Positions 42,101 through 53,013 are shown, numbered from the stretch's first letter. The stretch is 64,000 nucleotides of DNA from an uncultured bacterium (GCA_963777505.1 CAVZQN010000004.1:1792001-1856000), one strand, 5' to 3'. Numbers and translations: made by a program. Notes: generated by a model not told the origin, from the letters alone.

Positions 42101-43928
42101 AAACTTCGAGGTATTCGAAACAACATTCGATTTACCACCGCAAATCAATTCACCGAAGTTGCCGGTTGCGAAAAGAGCAAACAACTCCAAACGTGAAGCG
42201 AATGCGCGGACAGCGCATCCGAGATCACTCTTTAGCCGATCTGCACCTGCACAAGCAGCGCTCGATCCAAGTGCTACAGCTACATGGTTCTTCGGTGCAC
42301 CAATTCCGATTGGAACTGTCCGGTATGCTCACGCACGATGTGACACTCAACCAAACAACTTCTATATCATCTCGGGATTTGATGCGAGCTTTAACTATAC
42401 TGATGCATCATGGCGTTACGATGCAGCAGCGAACGCATGGACGGAGCTTGCTCCATACCCAACCGCATCAGAAGGTGCAACAGCAACCTGTTATCAAGGC
42501 AAAATCTATGTGATGGGTGGATTCGACGATTCGTTTGCCCCAACAGATACACTGTACATCTATGACATTGCGAACGACTCATGGTCAACTGGTGCTTCAT
42601 TACCACGTACAGTCTGGGGAGCATCAGCCGGTGCATGGGATGGAAAAGTGGTTCTAATCGGTGGAGATAATTTCGGTGTCACCGATGAAGTTAATATTTA
42701 TGACGTAGCCACTGATACGTGGACAGCTACAGGTGCATCAATGCCTGCGGCTGCGCAACTACCGGGATTCTTCCAGACTGCTAACTATGTTTACCTTGTT
42801 GGTGGTTGGGATGACAACAGTCCGATTGCGAATGTTGCGGCTACACAACGCTATGACATTGTTACAGATACATGGGAAAGTGGGCCAACACTCAATTTCC
42901 CAAGATCTGATCTGGCCCTTGCTGCAACCGATACTGCTTTGTATTCAATTGGTGGTGACGAAGATGGCGGCAGTTTCTTCGATGCGATTGGTACGGTCGA
43001 ACGTCTCGATCTTACATCGTGGCCCGCTGGGACTTGGGAGGATACAGGTGATCCAATTCCAGTGGCAGTTAGCTCAAATAATGGAGGCTTCTGTACGGAA
43101 GTAATACAGGTGTTTGGAACCATCGGGGAATTCTGGAGCGTCGGTGGTGGTGATGCATTCGGCAACATCCTTGGAAACAATGCATTCCGTCCAAACGATG
43201 AACATTGCTTCTCAATCTTCAGCGATGTTCCATGGCTGGAAGTTACATTGCCCACATCACTAACTGGATCTGTTCCGCCGGATAGTTCATTAGCGTTGAA
43301 TGTGAATTTCAATGCTGCCGGACTTGCTCCTGGCGATTACACTGCATCAATCGTGATTGTGACAAACGATCCAGGCGCACCCCAATTTGTAATTCCGGTC
43401 ACATTGCATGTATCAGCAGCGTTGTTCAACGATGACTTCAACGACGGTGTTCTTGACCCGAATTGGACGTACAAGAAAACGTGGACTGAAGCAGGCGGCG
43501 TTTTGACACTGACTACAAACATTAAGAAAGGAAGTGCAATCGCAACTCCAATCTTCGCTGGTTGTCAAAATTGCGGTATTTCCACATCCGTCTCAACTTC
43601 TGGTGGATTGGGCAACCGCGTCATGATTTATGGCTGGTACGTCAGTCAAAATACCTTTGTCGAACTCGTTCTTCGAGACGATACAAATAAGGCAAGCATT
43701 AGACAACGAGTGGGTGGTTCTCTGGTGAAGAGGCAGAACGCTTCGCTCACCATCGAGCCGAACACATTCTATACCGTGACTATGACTTATGACGGTACGA
43801 ATATAGTCGTAAATGTTGATGGGACTGACCTCATGACATTTACACCGCAAGGATCGTTAAGTACTGGTACTGTTGGATTCGCAGTAAAGAGCGGTACCGG
43901 TTCCTTTGACTTTATTACAGTGAACTAA
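39142..43928 (+). CDS. Large secreted Kelch-repeat / carboxypeptidase-regulatory-like / Ig-like protein (~1,595 aa); frameshift in the A-run near 40605
   Basis: Signal peptide; VSGTV.D and G.V.G Ig-like modules; two Kelch propellers (VYSVGG...YDP..DSWS); C-terminal beta domain. The frames join by adding one A. Confidence 0.82.
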
Positions 43929-43941
43929 CGTAGAAACTTCT

Positions 43942-43979
43942 GTATGGGACAGGAGTACACACTTCTGTCCCATACTTTT
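43942..43979 (+). terminator. Intrinsic terminator
   Basis: GTATGGGACAG...CTGTCCCATAC followed by TTTT. Confidence 0.75.
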
Positions 43980-44018
43980 CCTTAACGGTAAAACCGTTCG
44001 AGATTGAAGGAGCGGTTC

Positions 44019-47000
44019 ATGAAATCTGGATTTAGATTTTTCCTTCTGCTTTTATTAATTCTTCCAGGGATTGTTTTTGCCTTTCAACCAAAGAATGATC
44101 AAAAATGATTTAACCCAAAAAGAATTCTTCCTTCCGGAGTTGTATATCGGCAACAAGGCAGTTACTCGTGCTGAGATCGACTCCCAGTTAAAAAACAAAG
44201 ATGCGCTAAATACTTTTGTCGGAAAATATGGTTCTGAAACCGTAATTTGGTTAGATCCACGTTCTGGAAATGCAATGAGCATCATAGGCGCAATTCCACT
44301 CATCCCAGGAAAGGGAGCTGGAAATCATTTATCAATTGAATCCATTTCGAATCAATTGGGAAAACAAGTTGCAGAAATAACACCTGAAATTGTTGGTGAA
44401 TTATTCCACGATTTTGTAAATAAGAATCGAGCTGCAATTGGAATTGATGTAAGCCAATTAGGTTCTGTTAAAGCTGTAAAAATTAATGATCGATTGTGGA
44501 ACATTAGCATTCCTCAAGTTGTTAATGGAATTCCCGTTCGCTGGGGCCGTTATACAGCTACGATTAACAGCGGGAATATTGTTCTTCAAGGTGCTGCTAC
44601 ATGGGGAAATGTTCGCATCAATACAACCCCATCAATCTCCGCGTTTCAAAGCGTGGAATTTGGTTTCAATTATGCGGGTGGCCGTCTTTCCAATGACAGA
44701 ATGTGGAAAGAGCCAGAATTAGAAATCATACCTATCGCGCCTCCTGCATTCGCAGTTGGTGAACATGGATTCGCTGGAGAAATTGGATCCGGATATGGAC
44801 ACCGCCTTGCATGGGTATTTGGATTTCAACGTGCACCTGAAAGTCCAAAATGGCAAGTTACAGTCGATGCACACACATCCGAAATTCTTGCATTTGAAGA
44901 TAAGAATCATTACATCAGCAAGCAGATTAAGGGTGGAGTTTATCCAGTAACAAATACTGAGATCTGTCCTGACAATCCTCGCTGCGGAGTCTTGCAGGAC
45001 GACTATCCGATGCCTTTTACAAATACAGGTTTTGCCGCGCCCAATGATTTCACGAATAGCGGCGGCGTATTTGATTACACAAGCGGGACAACGACAACAA
45101 ACTTGACCGGGCCTTACGTTGAAATTACTGATACATGTGGCTCGCATTCCGGAACTGGCTCCGGTGATGTTCTTCTTGGCGGAGTCAATGGGGATCATGA
45201 TTGCGATTTCGGTACCGGCAACACAACAACTGCTGCAGCCCGTGCCGGTATGTACGAAGTCAACAGAATTTTTGAGACCGGACGCGGTTATTTGCCGGAG
45301 AATCCCTGGCTTCAAGGAAACCAGGGTGGTCCTCTCCCAACAAATATGAACATCAATCAGACGTGTAATGCTTTTTACACATTTGGAGATCCCGGCACGA
45401 TTAATTTTTATCGGGAGGGTGGAGGATGTCGCAACACCGGTGAAATTGCGGCCATCTTTGATCATGAATGGGGTCATGGGATGGATGAGCATGATTCAGC
45501 CGGAATCTTTAGCAGCTCAAGCGAAGGATATGCTGACATCGCCGGAATGTATCGTTTATGGGCTTCCTGCGTGGGATACGGATTCTTTATGTCGGGCAGT
45601 CTGGGCTGCGGAGATACGATAGATGGAACTGGTCCCAATAATAATGAAGCACAGCAAGGTGGTGATGTTTGTGATCTCGATTGTTCCGGTGTACGAGATT
45701 CAGACTATTTTAAGATTGCTGGCGGAACTCCTCTCGGAGTCAATTTTGTATGCACAAGCTGTTTCGCTGGTGACAGTGGTCCATGCGGACGTCAAGTTCA
45801 TTGTTCCGCAACACCGACACGTGAAGCAGCGTGGAATTTCGTTGCACGCGAATTACAAAACCCACTCGGTGCTGATGTCGATGCAAATACTGCATTCATC
45901 ATCGGAGATAAAGTTTTTTATCAAGGAAGCGGAAATGTCGGTACATGGCATAACTGCTCCTGTCCAAGTACTTCGGACGGATGTAACGCTGACGGCGGTT
46001 ATCTAAATTGGCTTGCAGCCGATGATGATAATGGAAGCATCGCTGATGGTACACCGCATATGCTTGATATTCATGCCGCTTTTAACACGAATGGAATCGC
46101 GTGCGCGAATCCTGCTCCGGTTCAAAGCGGTTGTGCAGGCGGCCCTGCTACGCCTCCAGTGTTAACAACACAACCCGGAAGCAATGCAGCTACCCTCAAT
46201 TGGACTTCGGTTACCGGAGCGAATAAGTACAACATTTATCGTACTGAAGGTTTTGCAGGCTGTAATTTTGGCAAAACGTTGATCGCAACCGTAGATAGCC
46301 CAAATCTAAATTTCACAGATACGGAAATCGCAAATGGCCGTGAGCATTGGTATGTAGTCATGGCTGAAGGTGCGAATGATGCCTGTTTCAGCGATGCCAG
46401 TAACTGTGCCAACGTCACACCGCAACCTTGTGCAGGTGCCGTGAGTCTTGATAGCAGTGTTTATTCTTGCTCAGACTCAGTAGACATTACAGTTGTCGAT
46501 TCCGATTTAACTGGAGCTGGCACATTGGATGTTTCCGTAACTTCAACGACTGAAACGACACCTGAAGTCATCACGCTAACTGAAACGCCCGCATCCTCTG
46601 GCACATTCGTTGGTTCAATCGGAACGACGACTGCAGCACCAGCAGATGATGGCCTCATTTCAACTGTGCATGAAGACACAATTTCAGTCACGTATCATGA
46701 CGAATCATTCTGCGGACCCGAACAGGATGTAACGGCTACCGCAACAACAGATTGCCTGTCTGTATTGAGTCATACGGACTCTTCCTTTACAGATTCTTGT
46801 ACAGGAGGCGGGGCAGGCGATGGAGATGGAATCCTGGATCCTGGTGAAACCGCAACGTTGGAAGTTACAGCGGAAAACACGAGTATCACTGACGCAACAG
46901 GCGTAACAGCGACACTCTCAACAACGACACCCGGCGTAACGATTACGGATAACGAGGCGACTTTCCCAACGATTCCAGCTGGCGGAAGCGCAACTTCAGA

Positions 47001-48378
47001 ACCGCCTCATTTCACTATTTCAGTGAGCCCAAGTATTACCTGTGCGACCTTTATTGATTTCACAATCACATATGAAACAAACGAAGGAAGCTCCAGCGAT
47101 AACTTCACTGTACTTGTTGGATTAAATACAATCCTTACGAACAACTACAGCTCAACCGATGTGCCCAAAGCCATAACGGATCTTTCAACGATTATGTCAA
47201 CTCTTAACGTTGGAGATGGTGGCCCGATCAATGATGTAGATGTTTCATTAACTCTGCTTCATTCAGCTGATGGAGATCTGGATATTTCACTCATTTCTCC
47301 TGATGGCACAACGGAAGTAAATCTATCAAGCGATAACGGTGGGTTCGGCAACGATTACACCGGTACAAAGTTTGATGATGATCAGGGTTCACCAATCACT
47401 TCCGGAGTTCCACCCTTTACAGGTACATTCAGACCTGAAGGATTGTTGAGCACATATGACACCTCAGAAAAATCGGGAACCTGGACATTGAAAATTGCTG
47501 ATGATACAGCAACCAATACAGGGAATCTGATTTCATGGGGTCTTACAATCAAGGAAGATACGGCCGTTTGCAATGTTTGCGGTGCAGGATGTCCTACTAT
47601 CACGCTGTCACCGCCGACATTACCGAATGGTGCGATCGATGTTGCGTACAATCAAACGATCACTCCAAGCGGCGGAGCGGGTCCATACACATTCGGTGTT
47701 ACAAGTGGAGCACTGCCGGATGGACTGACTCTTGATCCGAACACAGGTGTAATTTCGGGAACGCCAACGGTTGCAAATACTTTCAACTTCACAGTGACTG
47801 CAACTGATACAAACGCTTGTACGGGTAGTCAAGCGTATTCGATCACAATCGATCCCGCGCCTGACTGTTTGTTCTGCGACTTATTTGATGACGGGGTCCT
47901 TGCAACAGATTGGACCTATACACCCAATTCGAATGCGTGGTCTGAAACTGCTTCGATCACTGGTTCAACTTCCAGGAGAACATCAGCTATTGCAAGCCCT
48001 GTGTTTGCTGGCTGTTTAAACTGCTATGTAGAAACAGTGATGCGCAGTACGAATGCTGTAGGAGGACAGGTCGCCGTCCTACTTCATTATGTTGATAAGC
48101 TAAACCTTATTGAACTCGTGATGAGAGTCGATAAGGGTCGCTTTATTCTCAGACAACGAGCTGGTGGATCTGTCGTTGCAAAAGCAAACGTGAAGATGGA
48201 ATTAGAACCGAACACGGATTATACGGTTCGAATCACCTACGACGGAACAAATTACGTTGCTTCAGTCGATGGAACGGATGTCATCACACTAACACCTGGT
48301 GCTCAGGTCACCGAAGGAACCGTTGGCTTTAGAGTCAAAGGAACTACAGGGACCTTCCAGCGAATCGAAGTAAATTAA
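44019..48378 (+). CDS. Secreted M36/M4-like zinc metalloprotease with propeptide, FN3-like, P-domain and Ig domains (~1,452 aa); frameshift near 44103
   Basis: The true start ATG at 44019 (GAAGGAG RBS; MKSGFRFFLLLLLILPGIVFA) joins the 44071 ORF after removing one A. HEWGH, SEGYAD, P-domain H...GDL.I.L.SP.G...GTWTL.I.D, He_PIG GALPDGLTL. Confidence 0.82.
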
Positions 48379-48510
48379 TGAAATTTTAGGGGCGGGTCTT
48401 GGACCCGCCTCTACCTTTCTTCTTCAGAACAAATACTAACCACAGAGTCACAAAGCTCAACAACCCGTCAGAGCCTTTAATACCAAATGCGTTTGTCGAC
48501 GGTAAGTTCT

Positions 48511-48539
48511 TGACAAGAAAAGAGATTGTCAATAACATT
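48511..48539 (+). promoter_or_regulatory. Sigma-70-like promoter with a TTGACAA-N9-TTGTCAA inverted repeat
   Basis: TTGACA-N17-TAACAT; a perfect 7-bp IR that includes the -35 element. Confidence 0.5.
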
Positions 48540-48575
48540 GCTTCTCGTAGTGTAAGAGTAGGGAATCAGGATTTC

Positions 48576-50018
48576 ATGAAAATAGACCGATTCTGGGGCA
48601 TTAAGACGATCGCGATTTTGGCTTTAATTTTCGCAATTTGTCCTGGTAGCTCCGCTGAAAGTTTGGACTCAGGTTGTTGGTTTGGCCGAGGTGCGAATCC
48701 GATCGCTCCGGATTCGGCTGAGTTCCGCAGTTTTACAGCCGATCAGTATTTCAAAATCCATTTTCCTGCTCATGATTCCTCGTTTCATGATGCCGATAGG
48801 AATGGCATCCCTGACGCGCTGGAAGCTCAAATTCAACTATTCTCAAAATCGCGTCATTTTGTTCAAACTGTCTTAGGCTGGCCTTTACCATCATCACGAA
48901 TTCAAACGGGTGCGCCACAGCTTGATGTGTATTTTATTTCAGCCGGAAAGAAGTTTTCAGGAGCTGTATATAAAGAGAATTCCTTACATATCGTTTTTAA
49001 CAAAAGTGTTTTGTCACGTCCTGATTTTGCAGCAATCTTGATTCATCAATTTGCGCATGCGGCGGAGCTTTCCTACAAATCATCGGGTGACTACTGGTTC
49101 TATGAAGCAACTGCCGGATGGATGGAAGGACAATTCCAAAACTATTCAACCGCTACATTGCGCGCGCAGCAGCGGCGTTTTGAACACCCCGAAATTCCAT
49201 TGACTGATGATGATCCTTCAAGCGCGCTAGGTTCATCGCGATTTCTTGAATTGATTGCACGCCCAGCAAGGGATGTAATCAGACAGACGTGGGAACAATT
49301 GTCTTACACACGTGATGGCAGAGCGATGGAAGTTCTGGAAAATGTTTTAAACCTCAACCATCTGCCTTCGCTCGCTTCGTATCTACAGAATTACTATTTG
49401 ATGTTTCCAAAATCTTCATTCAAAGAAAGTAAAGAAGGTGAGTATGAAGTTCAGCCGTATTCTGCATCTTTAGTTGATGGTGATTCAGATGCAGATTCTG
49501 GCGGAGTCATACTGCGATTTTTGCCTTTCACAGAATCAACATATTCAACAAGCACAATGTTTTTCCCTAAAGGTGAAAAAAGCGGAATTCTATCGATGAA
49601 GCTCGGCTTAAACGGATCTTCATCTACAATGATTCCGTTTGGTGGACTTGATCATTTTCGTTTTGTACTCGTAAACGGTTCTTCGGACGTCTTGCGTGGA
49701 GAATTAAGGAAAGATAATGATGCCTCGATTCCCGGGAGTCTTGAATATTTTAAAGTCGTACCGGAAGAGAATGGCGTGTTAATTGAATGGAAAACGGCAC
49801 GTGAAAATGGCGTTGCTTTTTGGAATATTTACAGAGTAGGCGATGGGCAAAAAGAAAAACTCAATGTTTTCCCAATCCCTGCTTCTATTCAATCTGACGA
49901 AGGTATTCATTACATGTTCTATGATTCCTCTTCATCCTCGTTTTATTCACTGGAGGCGATTACTAGCGAAGGTTTTCCAAGCCCTTTAGGCAATTCTGAA
50001 TCACTGGAGCGCGATTGA
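48576..50018 (+). CDS. Secreted zincin-like protein (MXAN_6640/M30-like) with a degenerate HQxxH motif
   Basis: Signal peptide from MKIDRFWG; FKIHF...D.D.NGIPD; HQFAH...WFYEATAGWME; C-terminal 'SLEYF......V.IEWKTARE.G...WNIYR' domain. Confidence 0.6.
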   Translation: MKIDRFWGIKTIAILALIFAICPGSSAESLDSGCWFGRGANPIAPDSAEFRSFTADQYFKIHFPAHDSSFHDADRNGIPDALEAQIQLFSKSRHFVQTVLGWPLPSSRIQTGAPQLDVYFISAGKKFSGAVYKENSLHIVFNKSVLSRPDFAAILIHQFAHAAELSYKSSGDYWFYEATAGWMEGQFQNYSTATLRAQQRRFEHPEIPLTDDDPSSALGSSRFLELIARPARDVIRQTWEQLSYTRDGRAMEVLENVLNLNHLPSLASYLQNYYLMFPKSSFKESKEGEYEVQPYSASLVDGDSDADSGGVILRFLPFTESTYSTSTMFFPKGEKSGILSMKLGLNGSSSTMIPFGGLDHFRFVLVNGSSDVLRGELRKDNDASIPGSLEYFKVVPEENGVLIEWKTARENGVAFWNIYRVGDGQKEKLNVFPIPASIQSDEGIHYMFYDSSSSSFYSLEAITSEGFPSPLGNSESLERD

Positions 50019-50118
50019 AAAATCCATCGATTCAGGCGCTCGGAAATAGCTTGAACTTATGAATATCTGGGAGGCTCATTGAGCTTTCCGATATACGCTG
50101 CATATATCCAAGAACAAA

Positions 50119-50256
50119 GTACGAACAACGAATACGATTTACGAACTACGAACGAGCGCAAACCATATTCGCGGGCAATTGCTTTGGAAGCTTAAATCGA
50201 AAAAAGCTTAGTCAGCGGGTTCGTAATTCGTGCTTCGATTGTTTGTAGTTCGTAAA
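50119..50256. repeat. Inverted arrays of a ~7-bp repeat (TACGAA[C] / TTCGTA)
   Basis: TACGAACAACGAATACGATTTACGAACTACGAAC on the left and TTCGTAATTCGTGCTTCGATTGTTTGTAGTTCGTAA on the right. Confidence 0.6.
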
Positions 50257-50281
50257 TCTAAAAGAAAAAAGTGATCGCTCA

Positions 50282-51016
50282 ATGAAGTCTTCCAGCTCTT
50301 CGTCCTGCTTAGGATCGGCAGTTCTTCTGGTCATCGTTTTAATTGCAATCCGCTTCGCGCTCCCAGGCGTCTGGAAAATACTTGCAGCATTATTCTCTAC
50401 TGCTTTTTACGGTGGAGTCATCCTTGTTTTGTTGGGTTTGTTAGCGCTTGGATACTTCACTTACAAAAACCTTAAGAAGAATCAAATCAAGCAGGTAAAT
50501 GCCAAGACCGTACGCGTGGATCGTACAGAGGCTCTTTATCAATCCGTTGTTTCACGCTTGAACCAGGATGTCGTATTAAATGAAGTATCAGCAGAAGAAT
50601 TTCTTCAATCGGAGCTATTGATTGGAGATGCGATGAAGTCCGTAAAATTAGAGTTGGCTCGATTGAAGGATTTTGTTTCTCCTCAAAATGAAAGATTGCT
50701 TTCCAATCAAATACGAGATTACAAACAACAGTTCCAGCAAAGTACAGATGAAGCAGCGAAACAAGTCATTGAAGAAAATCTGAAGCTATTGAATGAAAAG
50801 AAGCAAAGGATGGCTGCAGCCGTGGAAGAGGTACGGCAAAAGGAAGCTTCTGTCGATCTTGTATACAACTGTCTGGTTCGTGTTGAAGATGATTTGAAAT
50901 TCGGACGTTCTGTGAACAGAATTTTCCCGCCAGAGATTTATACTCGTTTCGGGCTTACGCCTCCTGCGGAATCACGAATCCCGCCCCTCACGGAAAAAAG
51001 TTCGCAGGATAGTTAA
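50282..51016 (+). CDS. Hypothetical membrane protein with a coiled-coil C-terminus
   Basis: Two N-terminal TM segments and a charged helical region; translationally coupled (TAATG) to the amidase. Confidence 0.65.
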   Translation: MKSSSSSSCLGSAVLLVIVLIAIRFALPGVWKILAALFSTAFYGGVILVLLGLLALGYFTYKNLKKNQIKQVNAKTVRVDRTEALYQSVVSRLNQDVVLNEVSAEEFLQSELLIGDAMKSVKLELARLKDFVSPQNERLLSNQIRDYKQQFQQSTDEAAKQVIEENLKLLNEKKQRMAAAVEEVRQKEASVDLVYNCLVRVEDDLKFGRSVNRIFPPEIYTRFGLTPPAESRIPPLTEKSSQDS

Positions 51017-51558
51017 TGCACATCGTTGAAGATTTATTGCCGTACTGTGAACGGCTTCAACAACGTGATCCTTCCCAAATCGAACTTGTTGTCATTCATT
51101 GTACTGAACTCCCCGATCTGAGTATGGCAAGAGAGTACGGACGAAGAATTATTTACGAGCAAAGTGGAACGGGCGTATCGGGGCACTATTACATCGATCG
51201 AACAGGTGAAATGTATCGCTTTGTTCCAGAAGATCGAATCGCAAACCATGTAGTAGGGCACAATGAAAGATCAATTGGAATCGAGCTTATAAATACAGGA
51301 AGATATCCAAATTGGTTTTCTGTAAACTCGCAAATAGCAACTGAACCTTATCCCGCAATCCAAATCGAATCCTTAAAACGATTACTGCAATTCTTGAAAG
51401 GTCATCTAATTAATTTGAAAAAGATCGCGCAGCATTCCGATCTCGATCAAAATGAAGTGCCTGCAGATGACAATCCTCAAATTTTGATCCGCCGGAAAAT
51501 TGACCCCGGGCCACAGTTTCCATGGGATGATCTTGTTCGTTTCTGGTTGACGCTCTAA
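51016..51558 (+). CDS. N-acetylmuramoyl-L-alanine amidase (Amidase_2, AmpD-like)
   Basis: VVIHCTE, SGHYYIDR.G, ANHV.G.N.RSIGIEL, HSD...RK.DPGP.FPW. Confidence 0.9.
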   Translation: MHIVEDLLPYCERLQQRDPSQIELVVIHCTELPDLSMAREYGRRIIYEQSGTGVSGHYYIDRTGEMYRFVPEDRIANHVVGHNERSIGIELINTGRYPNWFSVNSQIATEPYPAIQIESLKRLLQFLKGHLINLKKIAQHSDLDQNEVPADDNPQILIRRKIDPGPQFPWDDLVRFWLTL

Positions 51559-51636
51559 CAACTACAAATTATCGAACGAACGGCTACAAGATTTTCATTT
51601 CGTTGAAAACAGGTTCATCGAGCATAGATTCAACCC

Positions 51637-52689
51637 ATGGTTAGATCGAGTGTTTCTGTCGTGATTCCTATATACAACGAAATTGATGTTCTGCCGGAAC
51701 TCACACGCAGGCTGGAATCGATTATCGCGAAAAACCCCGAATTCAGATGGCACATTATTTATGTGGATGATGGCAGCAGCGATGGCTCGTCTTCTGTGAT
51801 GGAAAACCTTAGCAAAAGATTTTCATGGCTTAGCATCATTTTTCTTACACGCAATTTCGGGCATCAAAATGCAACGACCGCGGGGATCGATCATGCAACA
51901 GGCGACGCCGTTATTATCATGGATGGTGATCTGCAGGATCCCCCTGAATTGATTCCTGAAATGCTTTCCAAATGGAAGCAGGGATACGACGTCGTATATG
52001 CAACACGAAAAAAGCGCGATGGCGAATCAAAATTCAAGTTATATACAGCCCGGCTTTTTTACAGAATGCTTCACCAATTATCGGACACTGAAATCCCGGT
52101 TGATACGGGAGATTTCAGGCTCATGAGCAGACGTGCGATTGATGCAATCAATCAAATGCCCGAACAAAATAGATTTCTGCGTGGAATGGTCAGCTGGATC
52201 GGATTTAAACAGACTGCAGTTCATTACGAAAGGGACCGCAGATTCAGTGGAAATACAAAGTTCACACTCCCCAAAATGCTGGGGTTTGCTGTAAACGGCG
52301 TGCTGTCTTTCTCAACTTCTCCACTCCACTCAATCATGATGCTGGGTGTTCTCTTTACTGGACTCGGTTTTGCAGGATTTATCGGCTTACTCATCAAGCT
52401 ATTTATGCTAAATTCGGCATCGGCCGGTTGGGTTGTAGCCATCATTGTAATAATTTTTGTTAGTGGAATTCAATTGTTTTGCACTGGAGTCATTGGAGAA
52501 TACATATCAAGAATTTTCGATGAAGTTCGGAGGCGGCCTTTATATCTTATACAAAATATTAAAGGCCAACTTACACAGAAATCCGAAAATAAATTGAAGG
52601 AGGCTTATTTAGCCCGGACCGGTACCGCGAACTGGGAAGCTGGTCAAGTACGGTTTTTTGAGGATCTGCAGCGAACTCGTCCCAGGTGA
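51637..52689 (+). CDS. GT2 polyprenol-phosphate glycosyltransferase (GtrB/YkoT-like)
   Basis: VVIPIYNE, VDDGS.D, RNFGHQ, MDGDLQDPPE, DTGDFRLM, two C-terminal TMs, GEYI.RI..E...RP.Y. Confidence 0.92.
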   Translation: MVRSSVSVVIPIYNEIDVLPELTRRLESIIAKNPEFRWHIIYVDDGSSDGSSSVMENLSKRFSWLSIIFLTRNFGHQNATTAGIDHATGDAVIIMDGDLQDPPELIPEMLSKWKQGYDVVYATRKKRDGESKFKLYTARLFYRMLHQLSDTEIPVDTGDFRLMSRRAIDAINQMPEQNRFLRGMVSWIGFKQTAVHYERDRRFSGNTKFTLPKMLGFAVNGVLSFSTSPLHSIMMLGVLFTGLGFAGFIGLLIKLFMLNSASAGWVVAIIVIIFVSGIQLFCTGVIGEYISRIFDEVRRRPLYLIQNIKGQLTQKSENKLKEAYLARTGTANWEAGQVRFFEDLQRTRPR

Positions 52690-52740
52690 TTCTCTCAAGT
52701 TCAATGGCAATCCGATCGATGCATTCAATAGGAGTGTGCA

Positions 52741-53013
52741 ATGAAGTGGATAAAAACGACTTTGACAGCAATTCTGATTGCGACTTTCGTTATAACTCTT
52801 TTTGCGTTGGAACAAGAACCACCCAACGATAATCAAAATCTGAACATTAACCTGAACGAAAATTTGGCGTTGAACTTCAATCAAAACATCAACATAAATG
52901 AGAATTCAAATTTGAATATCAACGACAATTTCAATCTAAACGTAAACAGTAATCAGAACGGTAACAATAATCCAAATCTAAACGTGAACATAAACGAAAA
53001 TCAGAGCTTTTAA
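52741..53013 (+). CDS. Small secreted Asn-alternating (N-X)30 protein
   Basis: AGGAG RBS; signal peptide MKWIKTTLTAILIATFVITLFA; Asn in 29 of 30 consecutive alternate positions. Confidence 0.75.
   Translation: MKWIKTTLTAILIATFVITLFALEQEPPNDNQNLNINLNENLALNFNQNININENSNLNINDNFNLNVNSNQNGNNNPNLNVNINENQSF

Noticed and set aside
44719-45492. 257-aa antisense ORF, and the many other short overlapping ORFs in the track
   Set aside because: Shadow frames of well-supported genes with no motifs of their own.
52705-52723. TGGCAATCCGATCGATGC upstream of the (N-X)30 gene as a sigma-54 promoter
   Set aside because: GC is not at the -12 position relative to GG.
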